A stretch of DNA of 62,927 bases. It comes from an uncultured Rikenellaceae bacterium (GTDB lineage Bacteria > Bacteroidota > Bacteroidia > Bacteroidales > VadinHA17). Numbering within the stretch: position 1 is the first letter of the stretch; each line of letters begins with the position of its first letter. A program made the translations under genes and the position numbers. The DNA lies in assembly GCA_964383915.1 (NCBI GenBank), contig CAYLJE010000003.1:1-62927 (forward strand), read 5' to 3'. Of the stretch, positions 47,257 through 57,231 are shown one piece after another. The notes beneath the pieces are model-generated. The model saw only the letters and a list, made by a program, of their open reading frames with translations, was not told the DNA's origin and did not search any database.

Positions 47257-48201
47257 ATGGAATCCCTTGGTTTTCAGGATATCATTAAAGCGCAGGAACG
47301 TATCCGCTCCTTTATTCACAAGACCCCTGTTTTAACCTCCCGGTCTGTCAATAAAATACTGGGGGCTGATTTTTATTTTAAATGTGAGAATTTTCAGAAG
47401 GTGGGTGCTTTTAAGTTCCGGGGAGCAATCCATGCGGTAACTACCCTGGATAAAACAGCCCGAAAAAAAGGGGTGGCTACCCACAGTTCCGGTAACCATG
47501 CAGCAGCATTGGCTCTGGCTGCCAGCATGGTTCATATTCCTTCCTATATTGTTATGCCTGAGAATGCTCCGCGGATTAAAAAAATGGCTGTAGAAGGGTA
47601 CGGTGCAAAGATTTACTTTTGCAGACCTGCTCTCCGGGCCAGGGAACAAACGCTGGCCACCGTCGTCAGAGAAACCGGTGCCACATTTATTCATTCCTAT
47701 GATAACATACGGGTAATTGCAGGCCAGGGGACAGCAGCTCTGGAGCTTATGGAACAAATGCCTGTGCCGGATGTGGTCCTTGCTCCGGTAGGAGGAGGGG
47801 GTCTGTTAAGCGGGGTATCTATTGTCATAAAAGCGCTCTCTCCCAAAACACAGGTCATCGGGGCTGAGCCCGTCCAGGCAGATGATGCCGCCCGTTCTTT
47901 CCGTTCCGGTAAACTCATGCCCTCTGTTCATCCCGATACCATTGCTGACGGATTATTGACATCCCTCAGCAAACGTACCTTTTCCATCATCCGGCAACAG
48001 GTAGATAACATCCTGACAGCCAAAGAGGAGACCATTATTCAGGCCATGCGCCTCGTCTGGGAACGGATGAAAATCATTATTGAACCTTCATCGGCGGTAC
48101 CACTGGCTGTGGTTATGGAGAACCGCGGGTTGTTCCGGGACAAAACCATTGGAATTATTATTAGCGGCGGAAATGTTGATCTGGAATATTTGCCTTTCTG
48201 A
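47257..48201 (+). CDS. PLP-dependent serine/threonine dehydratase or serine racemase family protein (no ACT domain)
   Basis: KCENFQKVGAFKFRG, SSGNH, VGGGGL, EPSSA and SGGN motifs. Confidence 0.88.
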   Translation: MESLGFQDIIKAQERIRSFIHKTPVLTSRSVNKILGADFYFKCENFQKVGAFKFRGAIHAVTTLDKTARKKGVATHSSGNHAAALALAASMVHIPSYIVMPENAPRIKKMAVEGYGAKIYFCRPALRAREQTLATVVRETGATFIHSYDNIRVIAGQGTAALELMEQMPVPDVVLAPVGGGGLLSGVSIVIKALSPKTQVIGAEPVQADDAARSFRSGKLMPSVHPDTIADGLLTSLSKRTFSIIRQQVDNILTAKEETIIQAMRLVWERMKIIIEPSSAVPLAVVMENRGLFRDKTIGIIISGGNVDLEYLPF

Positions 48202-48206
48202 CAGTG

Positions 48207-49298
48207 TCATTTATCTTCTTTAACCAACGTGCAGGTAACTGGAAAATGATCCGATAACCGGTTATGGTAAGTATGATATGTTATCGCCCTCCATTGCCTG
48301 TCATGTAAAACATAATCTATCCGGAAAGATGGAAACAGGCCGTGATAAGTTTTACCAAAACCGGATCCACTTTCGACAAAAGCATCTGCCAGATTACCGG
48401 ACAAAAGATGATAGGTATAGGAGACCGGCGTATCATTAAAGTCTCCGCAAACCAATACCGGATATGGAGATTGCCGGATATGCTGTTTTAGTATTCTGGC
48501 TTGTTTTGCCCTTTTGATAAAGGCCGTTCTGAGTCGCACCGAAATGTCCTTTACCTCTCGTATGGTCTCTCCTTCCTGATTGAATTCATCCAGCCTGATT
48601 TCTTTTTTTATTAACCTGGTTGATTGAAGATGATTGTTAAAAAGACGCAGGGTATCTTTTCCGATCACCAGATCACAGGACTGACTTTGATTAAAGGAAT
48701 TGGCAAAACGGATATTTTTTTTGTTTAGCATAGGATAACGGCTAAAAACAATAAGCCCATATCTGGCATTTCTATGCCCTTCTTCTATGTATGATATATA
48801 GTGATAAGGATAATTAAGCGATTGTATTATCTTTTGTTCCGGTAATCTGGGCGGATCTGTATAAAATTCTTGTAAACAAAGAATATCCGGTCTGTTTTTT
48901 TTTAAAAACTTAATAATTTTATCAGCAGGTCGTTCTACTTTCCCGGTTGTAAAAATATTAAATAATCTTACATTAAAGGTCATGACAGATATTTTTTTTA
49001 CATCATGGGGCATGTCCCGGTTTTCATGATGGGGAACAGGTAATCGATAGAAATGTGAGAGAGGATTCCATCCCAGCAGAATAACTACAAGTAGTACAAT
49101 ACTTTCTTTCTTCAGACGGACCAACCAATAAACCAGTAAAAAGATATTAGTAGTCAGAAGATAGGGGAAAGCAAGTCCGAAAAATGCGGGAATCCAACAC
49201 TTGTCAGGAGGAATGAATACAGACAGATAAGATAAGAGCAGCGCTGCCGTCAGCACATACGAAAAAATATAGAGAAGAGTTCGGGTTAGTTTAAGCAA
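48207..49298 (-). CDS. Membrane-anchored endonuclease/exonuclease/phosphatase family protein
   Basis: TFNV, CLQE, HLQS, GDFND, RIDY and SDHFP motifs. Confidence 0.9.
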   Translation of the reverse strand: MLKLTRTLLYIFSYVLTAALLLSYLSVFIPPDKCWIPAFFGLAFPYLLTTNIFLLVYWLVRLKKESIVLLVVILLGWNPLSHFYRLPVPHHENRDMPHDVKKISVMTFNVRLFNIFTTGKVERPADKIIKFLKKNRPDILCLQEFYTDPPRLPEQKIIQSLNYPYHYISYIEEGHRNARYGLIVFSRYPMLNKKNIRFANSFNQSQSCDLVIGKDTLRLFNNHLQSTRLIKKEIRLDEFNQEGETIREVKDISVRLRTAFIKRAKQARILKQHIRQSPYPVLVCGDFNDTPVSYTYHLLSGNLADAFVESGSGFGKTYHGLFPSFRIDYVLHDRQWRAITYHTYHNRLSDHFPVTCTLVKEDK

Positions 49299-49309
49299 GA
49301 TTACTGTTT

Positions 49310-50197
49310 TTAATGTTTCTTACTCATTTTGAAAAGGGTTTCTTTTTCCTCTTTTGTGAGACTGTCATAACCTCCTTTTGAAATCTTATCCAGGATCCGG
49401 TCAATTTTTTTTTGTTCATCAGCCTTTTGCCGGTTGTATTCCATATCATCTACCGGGCGTTTATGGGTTACATGAAGTTTTTTCCTGTGAGGTCTGAACC
49501 ATGAGAAAACAGCATCAAGAAAGCGGTTAATACTTTTGGTATTATCTTTTCCTTTGCGGTATTGTACAATAAAAAGATATCCGTACAAAGCCCCTCCGAG
49601 ATGAGCAATTTTCCCTCCCGTATTGGAAGAAAAATCCACCAATGTAGTCAGAATGAAAGCTATCAGTGCTATATATTTGATCTTAACAGGACCGATCAGC
49701 GTTATACGGACGGTATAGTTTGGTACATATACAGAAATAGCAATCACAACGGCCATAATGGATGCTGAAGCCCCCAAGGCAATGGAACGATGTAAAATGG
49801 GATGAAAAGCCGGGAAAATATTGAAAGTCAGGATATATAAAAAAGCGCCGCTAAGACCGCCTAAAAGATACACTCCCACCAGTTTCCTGGGATCAAAATA
49901 TTGTAGGAAAATAAGGCCGAACCAATAGAGCCACAGCATGTTAAAAAGAATGTGAAAAAAATTCTGGTGGGTAAACATATACGTAATAACAGTCCATGGG
50001 TGAGTAAGTAAGCTGGGTAAATAAGCAGGAACAGCCAGCCATTCCAGTATCCTGGCCGAAGGGGCCGGTACCGAAAAAAGAAACAGGATAATGTAGGCAA
50101 TGTTCACAGTCAGCCAAACCCCGACATTGATATAGATCAATTGGGTCAGGGTTGTCCCCTTCCTGAACGAGTCTTTAATACCTTCCCATATAGTCAT
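49310..50197 (-). CDS. Rhomboid intramembrane serine protease with C-terminal DUF6576-like tail
   Basis: HILFNMLW, GASA, AHLGG and IDRILDKISKGG motifs. Confidence 0.9.
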   Translation of the reverse strand: MTIWEGIKDSFRKGTTLTQLIYINVGVWLTVNIAYIILFLFSVPAPSARILEWLAVPAYLPSLLTHPWTVITYMFTHQNFFHILFNMLWLYWFGLIFLQYFDPRKLVGVYLLGGLSGAFLYILTFNIFPAFHPILHRSIALGASASIMAVVIAISVYVPNYTVRITLIGPVKIKYIALIAFILTTLVDFSSNTGGKIAHLGGALYGYLFIVQYRKGKDNTKSINRFLDAVFSWFRPHRKKLHVTHKRPVDDMEYNRQKADEQKKIDRILDKISKGGYDSLTKEEKETLFKMSKKH

Positions 50198-50201
50198 CCG
50201 A

Positions 50202-51026
50202 TCAATAAAAGTTGGTTCCTTTTTTATTCCAGTATTTTACCATAATATATCCAAAAAGCATGCCACCCAGATGTGCCACATGGGCAATATGACCCCCTGG
50301 TTGGGCCAGGGCCAGATAAAACTCCAGGGCTCCGTACCCCAGGACAAAATACTTCGCTTTGATAGGTATGGGTGGAAAAAGAAGCATTAGTTGTGTGTTT
50401 GGGAACAACATCCCAAAAGCCAGTAAAACGCCAAAAACTGCACCCGAAGCTCCAATAGTAGGGATATTGATTAATGTATGGACATAATTATTTGTCTGCG
50501 ACACTGCCTGGTTAGCGTACGCCATATCAGCCAGATGGCTCCGCCAGGCATCAATAAACTGATAAACCTGAGGATTTGGGTGATGAACGTATTTTTGGAT
50601 AAATGTTAAAAAGAGATCTGGTGTCGGATGACTGGCAAAAGAAGAAGCAAAATGAATCATGGGTGTATATTCAATCCAATGCACCAGCGTATAAAAGCCG
50701 GCAGCGCCAATGCCCGTGACGAAATAGAATATAAAAAATCTTTTTCCTCCCCAGACATTTTCCAGCACCCGGCCGAACATCCAGAGAGCAAACATATTAA
50801 AAAATAAATGTACCAGCCCGGCATGCATAAACAAATGAGTGACAAACTGATACGGATGAAAATACTCCGAACCCGGATAATAGAGTGCCAGGTAACGGGT
50901 AAGGTCAATGCCGAAGCTATGCTCCAATACCCAGGTTATAAGTAACATCAGGGTAGATATGATAATTATATTTTTTACAACCGGAGGAAAATTAGGATTC
51001 GTTGACCTGTGAGAGCTATACATCAT
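50202..51026 (-). CDS. Rhomboid intramembrane serine protease
   Basis: HLFFNM, GASGAVFG and AHVAHLGG motifs; start set at MMYSSH. Confidence 0.9.
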   Translation of the reverse strand: MMYSSHRSTNPNFPPVVKNIIIISTLMLLITWVLEHSFGIDLTRYLALYYPGSEYFHPYQFVTHLFMHAGLVHLFFNMFALWMFGRVLENVWGGKRFFIFYFVTGIGAAGFYTLVHWIEYTPMIHFASSFASHPTPDLFLTFIQKYVHHPNPQVYQFIDAWRSHLADMAYANQAVSQTNNYVHTLINIPTIGASGAVFGVLLAFGMLFPNTQLMLLFPPIPIKAKYFVLGYGALEFYLALAQPGGHIAHVAHLGGMLFGYIMVKYWNKKGTNFY

Positions 51027-51061
51027 ATTTTTTATTTCCTGCTTATTTACAATCGGTGCGC

Positions 51062-51069
51062 CAAAGTTA
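51062..51069 (-). promoter_or_regulatory. -7 element (TAACTTTG) upstream of the rhomboid genes
   Basis: caaagtta on the + strand. Confidence 0.5.
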
Positions 51070-51119
51070 AAAAAAGCAACGGATAACAAAATAAATAAGA
51101 CAAAATGTCATTATTTGTC

Positions 51120-52952
51120 TTATTCAAATTGTTTTTCCACGTCTGTCAGGGGTAAAATGTAAAAGACAGGTTTCCCGCCGGCGGTATATCCGGGTTCTTT
51201 GCAACCAAACAAACGATCTGTGATATCCCGCATCTCTTCTGTTGTAAGCAACTTTCCGTAAGGGATGGAAGCAGCACGGGCCAAAGCTCGTGCAATTTTT
51301 TCCCGTGTCCCGGCCGAAGGGTCAGATTCTGAGATTTTATACTCCGCAATCAGTGAATGTATCATTTCTACAGGATCTGAAGATATAATATTTCCTGGCA
51401 AGCCGGTGACACGAATTGTCGTATCTTTCTCTACCTCGTACGAAACCCCCAGTTGCTCAATATCCGGTCTTATTTCCTCCAATACCATGAAATCAGCAGG
51501 ATTCAGTGTACATCCCACAGGGAACAACTGTTGCTGTGAAGATCCGGTTTCCGACCGGAGAAGACGATCATACTCTTCAAAGAGAATCCGCTCATGAGCT
51601 CTTTTCTGATCTATGATCATAAGGCCTGATTTCACAGCAAACAAGATATATTTTTGTTTGAACTGTAGAAATGAAAATCCGCTGTCCCTATGCCCCCGGG
51701 CTTCCTCATTTTCGAATCTCTGCTGTTTTTCCCCATGATCCTGTTCCGGTCCCCCATAAAGTTTTTCCCAGTGTTTTATAATCTCTGCATCAGCTGTTCG
51801 CCTGCGTTCCTCTCTTTTAAAAGAAGAAAACCCGTCTTCTTGTTCAAATGGATTAAAATCCGGGTTGACGGGAATGTCCGGTGGATGAACTTTCTGACCC
51901 GGCCGGGATATGGGGATATCAATGGATGTGTCATTTCCAAAATCAATGGAGGGAACAATATTAAATTTACCAAGGGCTTCCTTTACCGAAGCGTGTAATA
52001 TCTGCCATACAGATTGTTCATCTTCGAATTTTATTTCTGTTTTGGTGGGATGGATGTTGATATCAATTTTCTCGGGATTGGTCTCGAAAAATATAAAATA
52101 AGAAGGAACCGACTCAGAAGGTAGAATATTTAAATAAGCTTCTGTGATGGCCCGGTGGAAATAGGCATGTTTCATAAAGCGGCGATTGGTAAAAAAAAAC
52201 TGTTCCCCAAAAGTTTTCCTGGCAAACTCCGGTTTCCCGATGAAACCACGGATTTTTACCAGAGATGTATCTGTTTTCAGGGGGATTAAGTGCTGATTTA
52301 TAGCTTTCCCAAAAACACTGACTACCCGTTGTCGGAGATTGGAAACGTGTGGCAATTGGTAAATATCCGTTTCATTGTGGCGAAGATGAAAAATGATCTC
52401 CGGATGAGTTAATACAATGCGTTGGAACGCTACCACAATGTGTTTAATCTCTGTGGCGTTGGTCTTCAAAAATTTCCGACGTGCCGGAATATTGAAAAAC
52501 AAATTTTTTATCGTAAAATTACTCCCGTCGGAACAGGCGACAGGCTCCTGACTTTCTACAGCGGATGCGGCAATAACCAGATAAGTCCCCAGTTCATCTT
52601 CTTTTCTTTTGGTTTTTAATTCTACCTGGGCCACCGCAGCGATAGAGGCCAGGGCTTCTCCGCGGAAACCCATGGTCTGAATGGCAAAAAGGTCTTCGGC
52701 TTTTCGTATCTTGGAGGTAGCATGACGCTCAAATGCCAGCCGGGCATCCGTGTCTGACATTCCACATCCGTCATCAATGAGCCGGATCATTGTCTTTCCG
52801 GCGTTTACAACATGTACGGTAATACTACTGCTTCCGGCGTCAATGGCATTCTCCATTAATTCTTTCACTACCGAAGCCGGTCGCTGAATAACCTCTCCCG
52901 CAGCAATCTGGTTGGCTACCGAATCAGGTAGTAGTCGTATAATATCAGCCAT
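51120..52952 (-). CDS. mutL: DNA mismatch repair protein MutL
   Basis: AAGEVIQRP, KELMENAIDA, GFRGEAL, INIHPTK and DQKRAHER motifs. Confidence 0.97.
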   Translation of the reverse strand: MADIIRLLPDSVANQIAAGEVIQRPASVVKELMENAIDAGSSSITVHVVNAGKTMIRLIDDGCGMSDTDARLAFERHATSKIRKAEDLFAIQTMGFRGEALASIAAVAQVELKTKRKEDELGTYLVIAASAVESQEPVACSDGSNFTIKNLFFNIPARRKFLKTNATEIKHIVVAFQRIVLTHPEIIFHLRHNETDIYQLPHVSNLRQRVVSVFGKAINQHLIPLKTDTSLVKIRGFIGKPEFARKTFGEQFFFTNRRFMKHAYFHRAITEAYLNILPSESVPSYFIFFETNPEKIDINIHPTKTEIKFEDEQSVWQILHASVKEALGKFNIVPSIDFGNDTSIDIPISRPGQKVHPPDIPVNPDFNPFEQEDGFSSFKREERRRTADAEIIKHWEKLYGGPEQDHGEKQQRFENEEARGHRDSGFSFLQFKQKYILFAVKSGLMIIDQKRAHERILFEEYDRLLRSETGSSQQQLFPVGCTLNPADFMVLEEIRPDIEQLGVSYEVEKDTTIRVTGLPGNIISSDPVEMIHSLIAEYKISESDPSAGTREKIARALARAASIPYGKLLTTEEMRDITDRLFGCKEPGYTAGGKPVFYILPLTDVEKQFE

Positions 52953-52965
52953 ATTGGCAGTTATA

Positions 52966-53247
52966 TTAACGGAAAATGAGATAGGCTAACAGGAGTAAGA
53001 AAGCCAGGATAATCAGTATCCTGATATTTGATGATTTTTCACGGGACTTTGATTTTCTGTGGAAATAATTTTGCATTTGTCCTTTTCTTATCTTCGGAAC
53101 ATATGCTTTTTCTTTCCGCAGGCCTAATTCCTGCTCAACCTGGTCGATTCGCTGTTGCATAGCCTCTTTCTCAGGATCATAATACCGCGGAATGTAATGG
53201 AACTTACGTGGTTTTTGTGTCCGAAAAAAACTTGGTAATGAAGACAT
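52966..53247 (-). CDS. Small Bacteroidetes protein with C-terminal TM helix
   Basis: PRKFHYIPRYYDPEKE motif and terminal hydrophobic helix; directly upstream of mutL. Confidence 0.75.
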   Translation of the reverse strand: MSSLPSFFRTQKPRKFHYIPRYYDPEKEAMQQRIDQVEQELGLRKEKAYVPKIRKGQMQNYFHRKSKSREKSSNIRILIILAFLLLLAYLIFR

Positions 53248-53268
53248 TTTTACCTCTTTTTTATCTTA

Positions 53269-53276
53269 CAAAATTA
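53269..53276 (-). promoter_or_regulatory. -7 element (TAATTTTG) for the mutL unit
   Basis: caaaatta on the + strand. Confidence 0.5.
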
Positions 53277-53306
53277 CGGATAATTCTTCAGATTACCTAT
53301 ATGACT

Positions 53307-55025
53307 TTATCCTTCCTCTTCCAATTTAAAACGTCCCAAATCATTCAGGGAAGAAAGCCTGATGAACTCAGCACTGGCCTTGTTCTCAGTCCGTGCATTG
53401 CGCAGAAAGACCTCCAGCGATTTCCAGTAGCCGGATTCCCTGTTGGTATCGAGTAACAACAAGTAGCCCATGATGATGTTCCCCGCTATTTCTACCAGCC
53501 GGCGTGCATGGAAGTCAATGTATTCTTTGTTTTCTGTTTCATATACTTTCCGGCTGGCCTGTTCGAAATCTTCGGTCATCGTTACCAGCATGCGCCGGTA
53601 AGTATGCAATTCGGGCTTGATCTTCGTCTCTTTGTATTCTCTGATCTGTTTCAACAGGGTTCCTTTGGCAATGCCCGTGATGGCAGCGACTACCTGTAGT
53701 TGAGTTGTGCCCTCATAGATAGAGGTGATCCGGGCATCCCGGTAGATCCTCTCAATAGGATAATCTTTCATAAACCCTGAACCCCCATGAATTTGAAGAG
53801 CATCATAAGCCATGTGGTTACATATCTCCGAAGTCAGTCCTTTGGCAAGCGGGGTATAGGCATCGGCCAGTTGCTGGTATTTTTTCATTTCAAACCGTTC
53901 TTCTTTTTCCAGTTGTCTTTCCTGTGAAATATGATAATAAGCTTTATAAACATCCACAAAGCGGGCTGTTTCATACAGCAGTGAACGGCTGGCGTCCAGC
54001 TTGGCTTTCATGGAAGAAAGCATCTCATAGACAGCCGGAAACTCAATGATCGGTTTGCCGAACTGCTGACGTTCTTTGGCATAAGCAAGGGCTTCCCGGT
54101 AGGCGGCCTCGGTAATCCCTACAGACTGAGCGGTGATCCCCAGACGTGCCCCGTTCATCAGTGACATCACATAACGGATCAAACCCATACGTCTTGAACC
54201 TACCAGCTCGGCAGGGGTATCACGATAAACCAGTTCGCAGGTAGGAGACCCGATAATCCCCAGCTTGTGTTCAATCCTTCGGACTTTAACCGTATGATTG
54301 TTTTTGTTGTCATAAATAAACATAGACAATCCCCGGCCGTCTTTGGTGCCTTCTTCCGAGCGTGCCAGGACGAGGGCAATATCTCCGTCACCATTGGTAA
54401 TGAAGCGTTTTACACCATTGAGAAACCATTGGTCTTTTTCTTCATCATAGGTGGCTTTTAATTGTACAGACTGTAAGTCGGAACCGGCATCCGGTTCGGT
54501 CAGAGCCATCGCCCCGGTCTCTCCCTGGCAAAAACGCGGCAGGTATTTATCTTTCTGTTCTTCGGAAGCAAACTCATGAATGGTCTCGGCACAATCCTGT
54601 AACCCCCAGATATTAACAAAAGCTGCATCCGCTCTGGAGACTATGTCTGCTGTCATTGTATAAGGAACGATTGAAAAGTTCAGCCCGCCATATTTTCGTG
54701 GGAGGGTGATCCCCATCAATCCGGCTTTCCGGATCGCCTCCAGATTGGTCTCCGTACCACGGGCATACTTCACCCGGTTGTTCTCCACCTCAGGACCTTG
54801 CTTGTCTATATCTTCCGCGTTGGGTGCGATGATCTCCCCGCAAATCTCCCCTACAACATCCAGCACTTTCTCATAACTGTCCAGGGTGTCTTCAAAATCT
54901 ACCGGAGCATAATCATATTGGTCTTTATCTGCAAAATTGCGCTCCTTTAATAAAACGATTTTTTTCATTAAAGGATGATTCAGATGAAATTTCAAATCCG
55001 GGTTATCACTAAAAAAATTTGGCAT
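53307..55025 (-). CDS. Acyl-CoA dehydrogenase (long Bacteroidetes type)
   Basis: MALTEPDAGSD, NGVKRFITNG, QIHGGSG and IYEGTTQLQ motifs. Confidence 0.92.
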   Translation of the reverse strand: MPNFFSDNPDLKFHLNHPLMKKIVLLKERNFADKDQYDYAPVDFEDTLDSYEKVLDVVGEICGEIIAPNAEDIDKQGPEVENNRVKYARGTETNLEAIRKAGLMGITLPRKYGGLNFSIVPYTMTADIVSRADAAFVNIWGLQDCAETIHEFASEEQKDKYLPRFCQGETGAMALTEPDAGSDLQSVQLKATYDEEKDQWFLNGVKRFITNGDGDIALVLARSEEGTKDGRGLSMFIYDNKNNHTVKVRRIEHKLGIIGSPTCELVYRDTPAELVGSRRMGLIRYVMSLMNGARLGITAQSVGITEAAYREALAYAKERQQFGKPIIEFPAVYEMLSSMKAKLDASRSLLYETARFVDVYKAYYHISQERQLEKEERFEMKKYQQLADAYTPLAKGLTSEICNHMAYDALQIHGGSGFMKDYPIERIYRDARITSIYEGTTQLQVVAAITGIAKGTLLKQIREYKETKIKPELHTYRRMLVTMTEDFEQASRKVYETENKEYIDFHARRLVEIAGNIIMGYLLLLDTNRESGYWKSLEVFLRNARTENKASAEFIRLSSLNDLGRFKLEEEG

Positions 55026-55066
55026 CTTTCTGTTATTTTAAAATTATCCGGGTATAGAACAGGGAA

Positions 55067-56092
55067 TTATTTTGAGTTTTCTTTATAATACTTGATCATT
55101 TTGGGAATAACCTCCTCCATGTTCCCGATGATTGCATAATCGGCAATTTTATTGATTGGGGCTTCGGGATCATTGTTCACGGAGATCACCATGGCAGATT
55201 CATGCATCCCGGCAATATGCTGTATCTGTCCCGATATCCCGCAGGCGATGTATAATTTAGGTCGCACGGTGACACCGGTTTGTCCGACTTGCCGGTCAGG
55301 GCTGACAAACCCGGCATCTACGGCAGCCCGGGAAGCTCCTACCTCGGCTCCAATCAGTTCGGCCAGTGAGAATAAGAGATCAAAATTTTCTTTTGATCCT
55401 ACCCCGTAGCCACCGGACACAACGACCGGAGCCCCTTTGAGGTTGACATCCGACTCTTCCATATGTCGTTTGATGACTTGCACCACAAAATTTTCAGGAC
55501 TGACATATTTATCAATGTCCGGATGTTTCACTTCACCTTGGTGTGGTTCCCTGCATTTTTCTTTTTTCATCACACCTTCCCGCACGGTGGCCATCTGGGG
55601 TTTATGCTCCGGGTTAATAATGGTTGCGATAATGTTTCCACCGAATGCAGGCCGTATCTGAAGTAATAAGTTCTTGTATGTTTTATTGGCTTTTTTATCG
55701 ATATGTTCTCCGATCATCAAGGCAGTGCAGTCGGCTGTCAGGCCACTGCCCAGGGCAGAAGAAACACGGGGGCCCAGGTCTCTTCCATAGCTGGTGGCCC
55801 CGAGCAATGCTACCTGAGGTTTCTCTTCCTTAAATAAACCCACGGCAATATTGGTATAAGGAATAGAAGTATAATGTTCCAGCCGCGGGTCATCGATCAC
55901 CCACACCCTATCAGCTCCGTAAGAAAATATTTCTTTTTCGATATTTTTCAGTTGATAGCCAATTACCAGCGCCTCCAATTCACATTGTAACTGCTCCGCC
56001 AGTTTTCTTCCTTTGGTAAGTAGCTCCAGGCTGATTTCGGCCACCTTGCCGTTGTCCATTTCACATATGACAAATAAATTATTCACTTTCAC
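55067..56092 (-). CDS. etfA: Electron transfer flavoprotein alpha subunit
   Basis: RPAFGGN, GASRAAVD, QVGQTG and ISGQIQH motifs. Confidence 0.94.
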   Translation of the reverse strand: MKVNNLFVICEMDNGKVAEISLELLTKGRKLAEQLQCELEALVIGYQLKNIEKEIFSYGADRVWVIDDPRLEHYTSIPYTNIAVGLFKEEKPQVALLGATSYGRDLGPRVSSALGSGLTADCTALMIGEHIDKKANKTYKNLLLQIRPAFGGNIIATIINPEHKPQMATVREGVMKKEKCREPHQGEVKHPDIDKYVSPENFVVQVIKRHMEESDVNLKGAPVVVSGGYGVGSKENFDLLFSLAELIGAEVGASRAAVDAGFVSPDRQVGQTGVTVRPKLYIACGISGQIQHIAGMHESAMVISVNNDPEAPINKIADYAIIGNMEEVIPKMIKYYKENSK

Positions 56093-56130
56093 AGGATTTT
56101 AAGATTTGATTTTTTTCTTTTTTACCGGAT

Positions 56131-57006
56131 TTAACCCAGGGTGTGGTTTAGTATCAATTCTTTCATGAACCGGTTGATGCTTGAATCATTACTCTCCAAA
56201 ACTTTGGCTTCTTTCGCCTGGAAAACCACATTCTCTATCTTTTTGACTTTTGTAGGCGAACCGGATAAACCGAGTTTTTCGACTTCTACGTCGATATCTT
56301 TCACGTTCCATTCCTGGATATTGAGAAAAGGTCTGTCATCATAGATAGAGATATAATCTTCCGACATATTTTGTCGTTCACTGAGGGTCGTTGCCCGTTT
56401 ATATTTCATGATCAGCCTGGCATTTCTCGGACGGCATGCCGGAGCTGTCCCCGTCACAGTGATTAGTACCGGCAGTGTGGTTTTTACGATCTCGATACCT
56501 TTTTCAAGGCGTCTTTTAATGGTAATTGTATTTTTCCTGATTTTGACGATTTTTTCGGTATAGGTGACCTGCGGAACATCCAGTTTCTCCGCTACCTGGG
56601 GGCCTACCTGGGCTGTGTCTCCGTCTATGGCCTGGCGTCCGGCGAGGATAAAATCAAAATCCCCCATTTTCATAATAGCGCGTGACAGTGCATAAGAAGT
56701 AGCCAGGGTGTCTGATCCTGCAAAAGCCCTGTCTGTTAACAGTACCCCGTTGTTTGCTCCCCGGTACAAGCCTTCCCGGATAATCTCGGCAGCACGAGGT
56801 GGTCCCATGGTCAGGAGAATAACCGTACTTCCCGGATACTGATCCTTGATGTGCAATGCCTGCTCCAGGGCATTCAGATCCTCCGGATTAAAAATAGCCG
56901 GCAATGCAGCCCGGTTTACCGTTCCGTCTGCTTTCATCGCATCTTTTCCCACATTCCGGGTATCAGGCACCTGCTTGGCCAAAACGATAATCTTGAATTT
57001 TTGCAT
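56131..57006 (-). CDS. etfB: Electron transfer flavoprotein beta subunit
   Basis: KQVPDT, NPEDLNALE, AGSDTLATS and GRQAIDGDTAQVGPQ motifs; start set at MQKFK. Confidence 0.94.
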   Translation of the reverse strand: MQKFKIIVLAKQVPDTRNVGKDAMKADGTVNRAALPAIFNPEDLNALEQALHIKDQYPGSTVILLTMGPPRAAEIIREGLYRGANNGVLLTDRAFAGSDTLATSYALSRAIMKMGDFDFILAGRQAIDGDTAQVGPQVAEKLDVPQVTYTEKIVKIRKNTITIKRRLEKGIEIVKTTLPVLITVTGTAPACRPRNARLIMKYKRATTLSERQNMSEDYISIYDDRPFLNIQEWNVKDIDVEVEKLGLSGSPTKVKKIENVVFQAKEAKVLESNDSSINRFMKELILNHTLG

Positions 57007-57092
57007 ACGTATGTTATTTGTGTTCTGTGGGCATAGGAGAAGGCACATGAACTTATTATTGACGTTTCTTCTTTTAAGAAATTTTTGTCCGG

Positions 57093-57100
57093 CAAATATA
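57093..57100 (-). promoter_or_regulatory. -7 element (TATATTTG) for etfB-etfA-acd
   Basis: caaatata on the + strand. Confidence 0.5.
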
Positions 57101-57215
57101 GATTTTTTTCTTTATTGAAAAAATACCACTGGAGAATGGGTCTCTTATCTTTCTGATATTGTTCTTGTTGCAATACCATCTAATTTATCCTCCGGTGAAC
57201 AATATGCTTATTTAT

Positions 57216-57223
57216 TACCTTTG
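57216..57223 (+). promoter_or_regulatory. -7 element (TACCTTTG) for the DMT gene
   Basis: Exact TAnnTTTG match just upstream of the ATG at 57232. Confidence 0.5.
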
Positions 57224-57231
57224 CCGGAAGA

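Noticed and set aside
49310-52952. Tandem rhomboids beside mutL as a novel system
   Set aside because: mutL-rhomboid-rhomboid-EEP is, as I recall, a common Bacteroidetes arrangement
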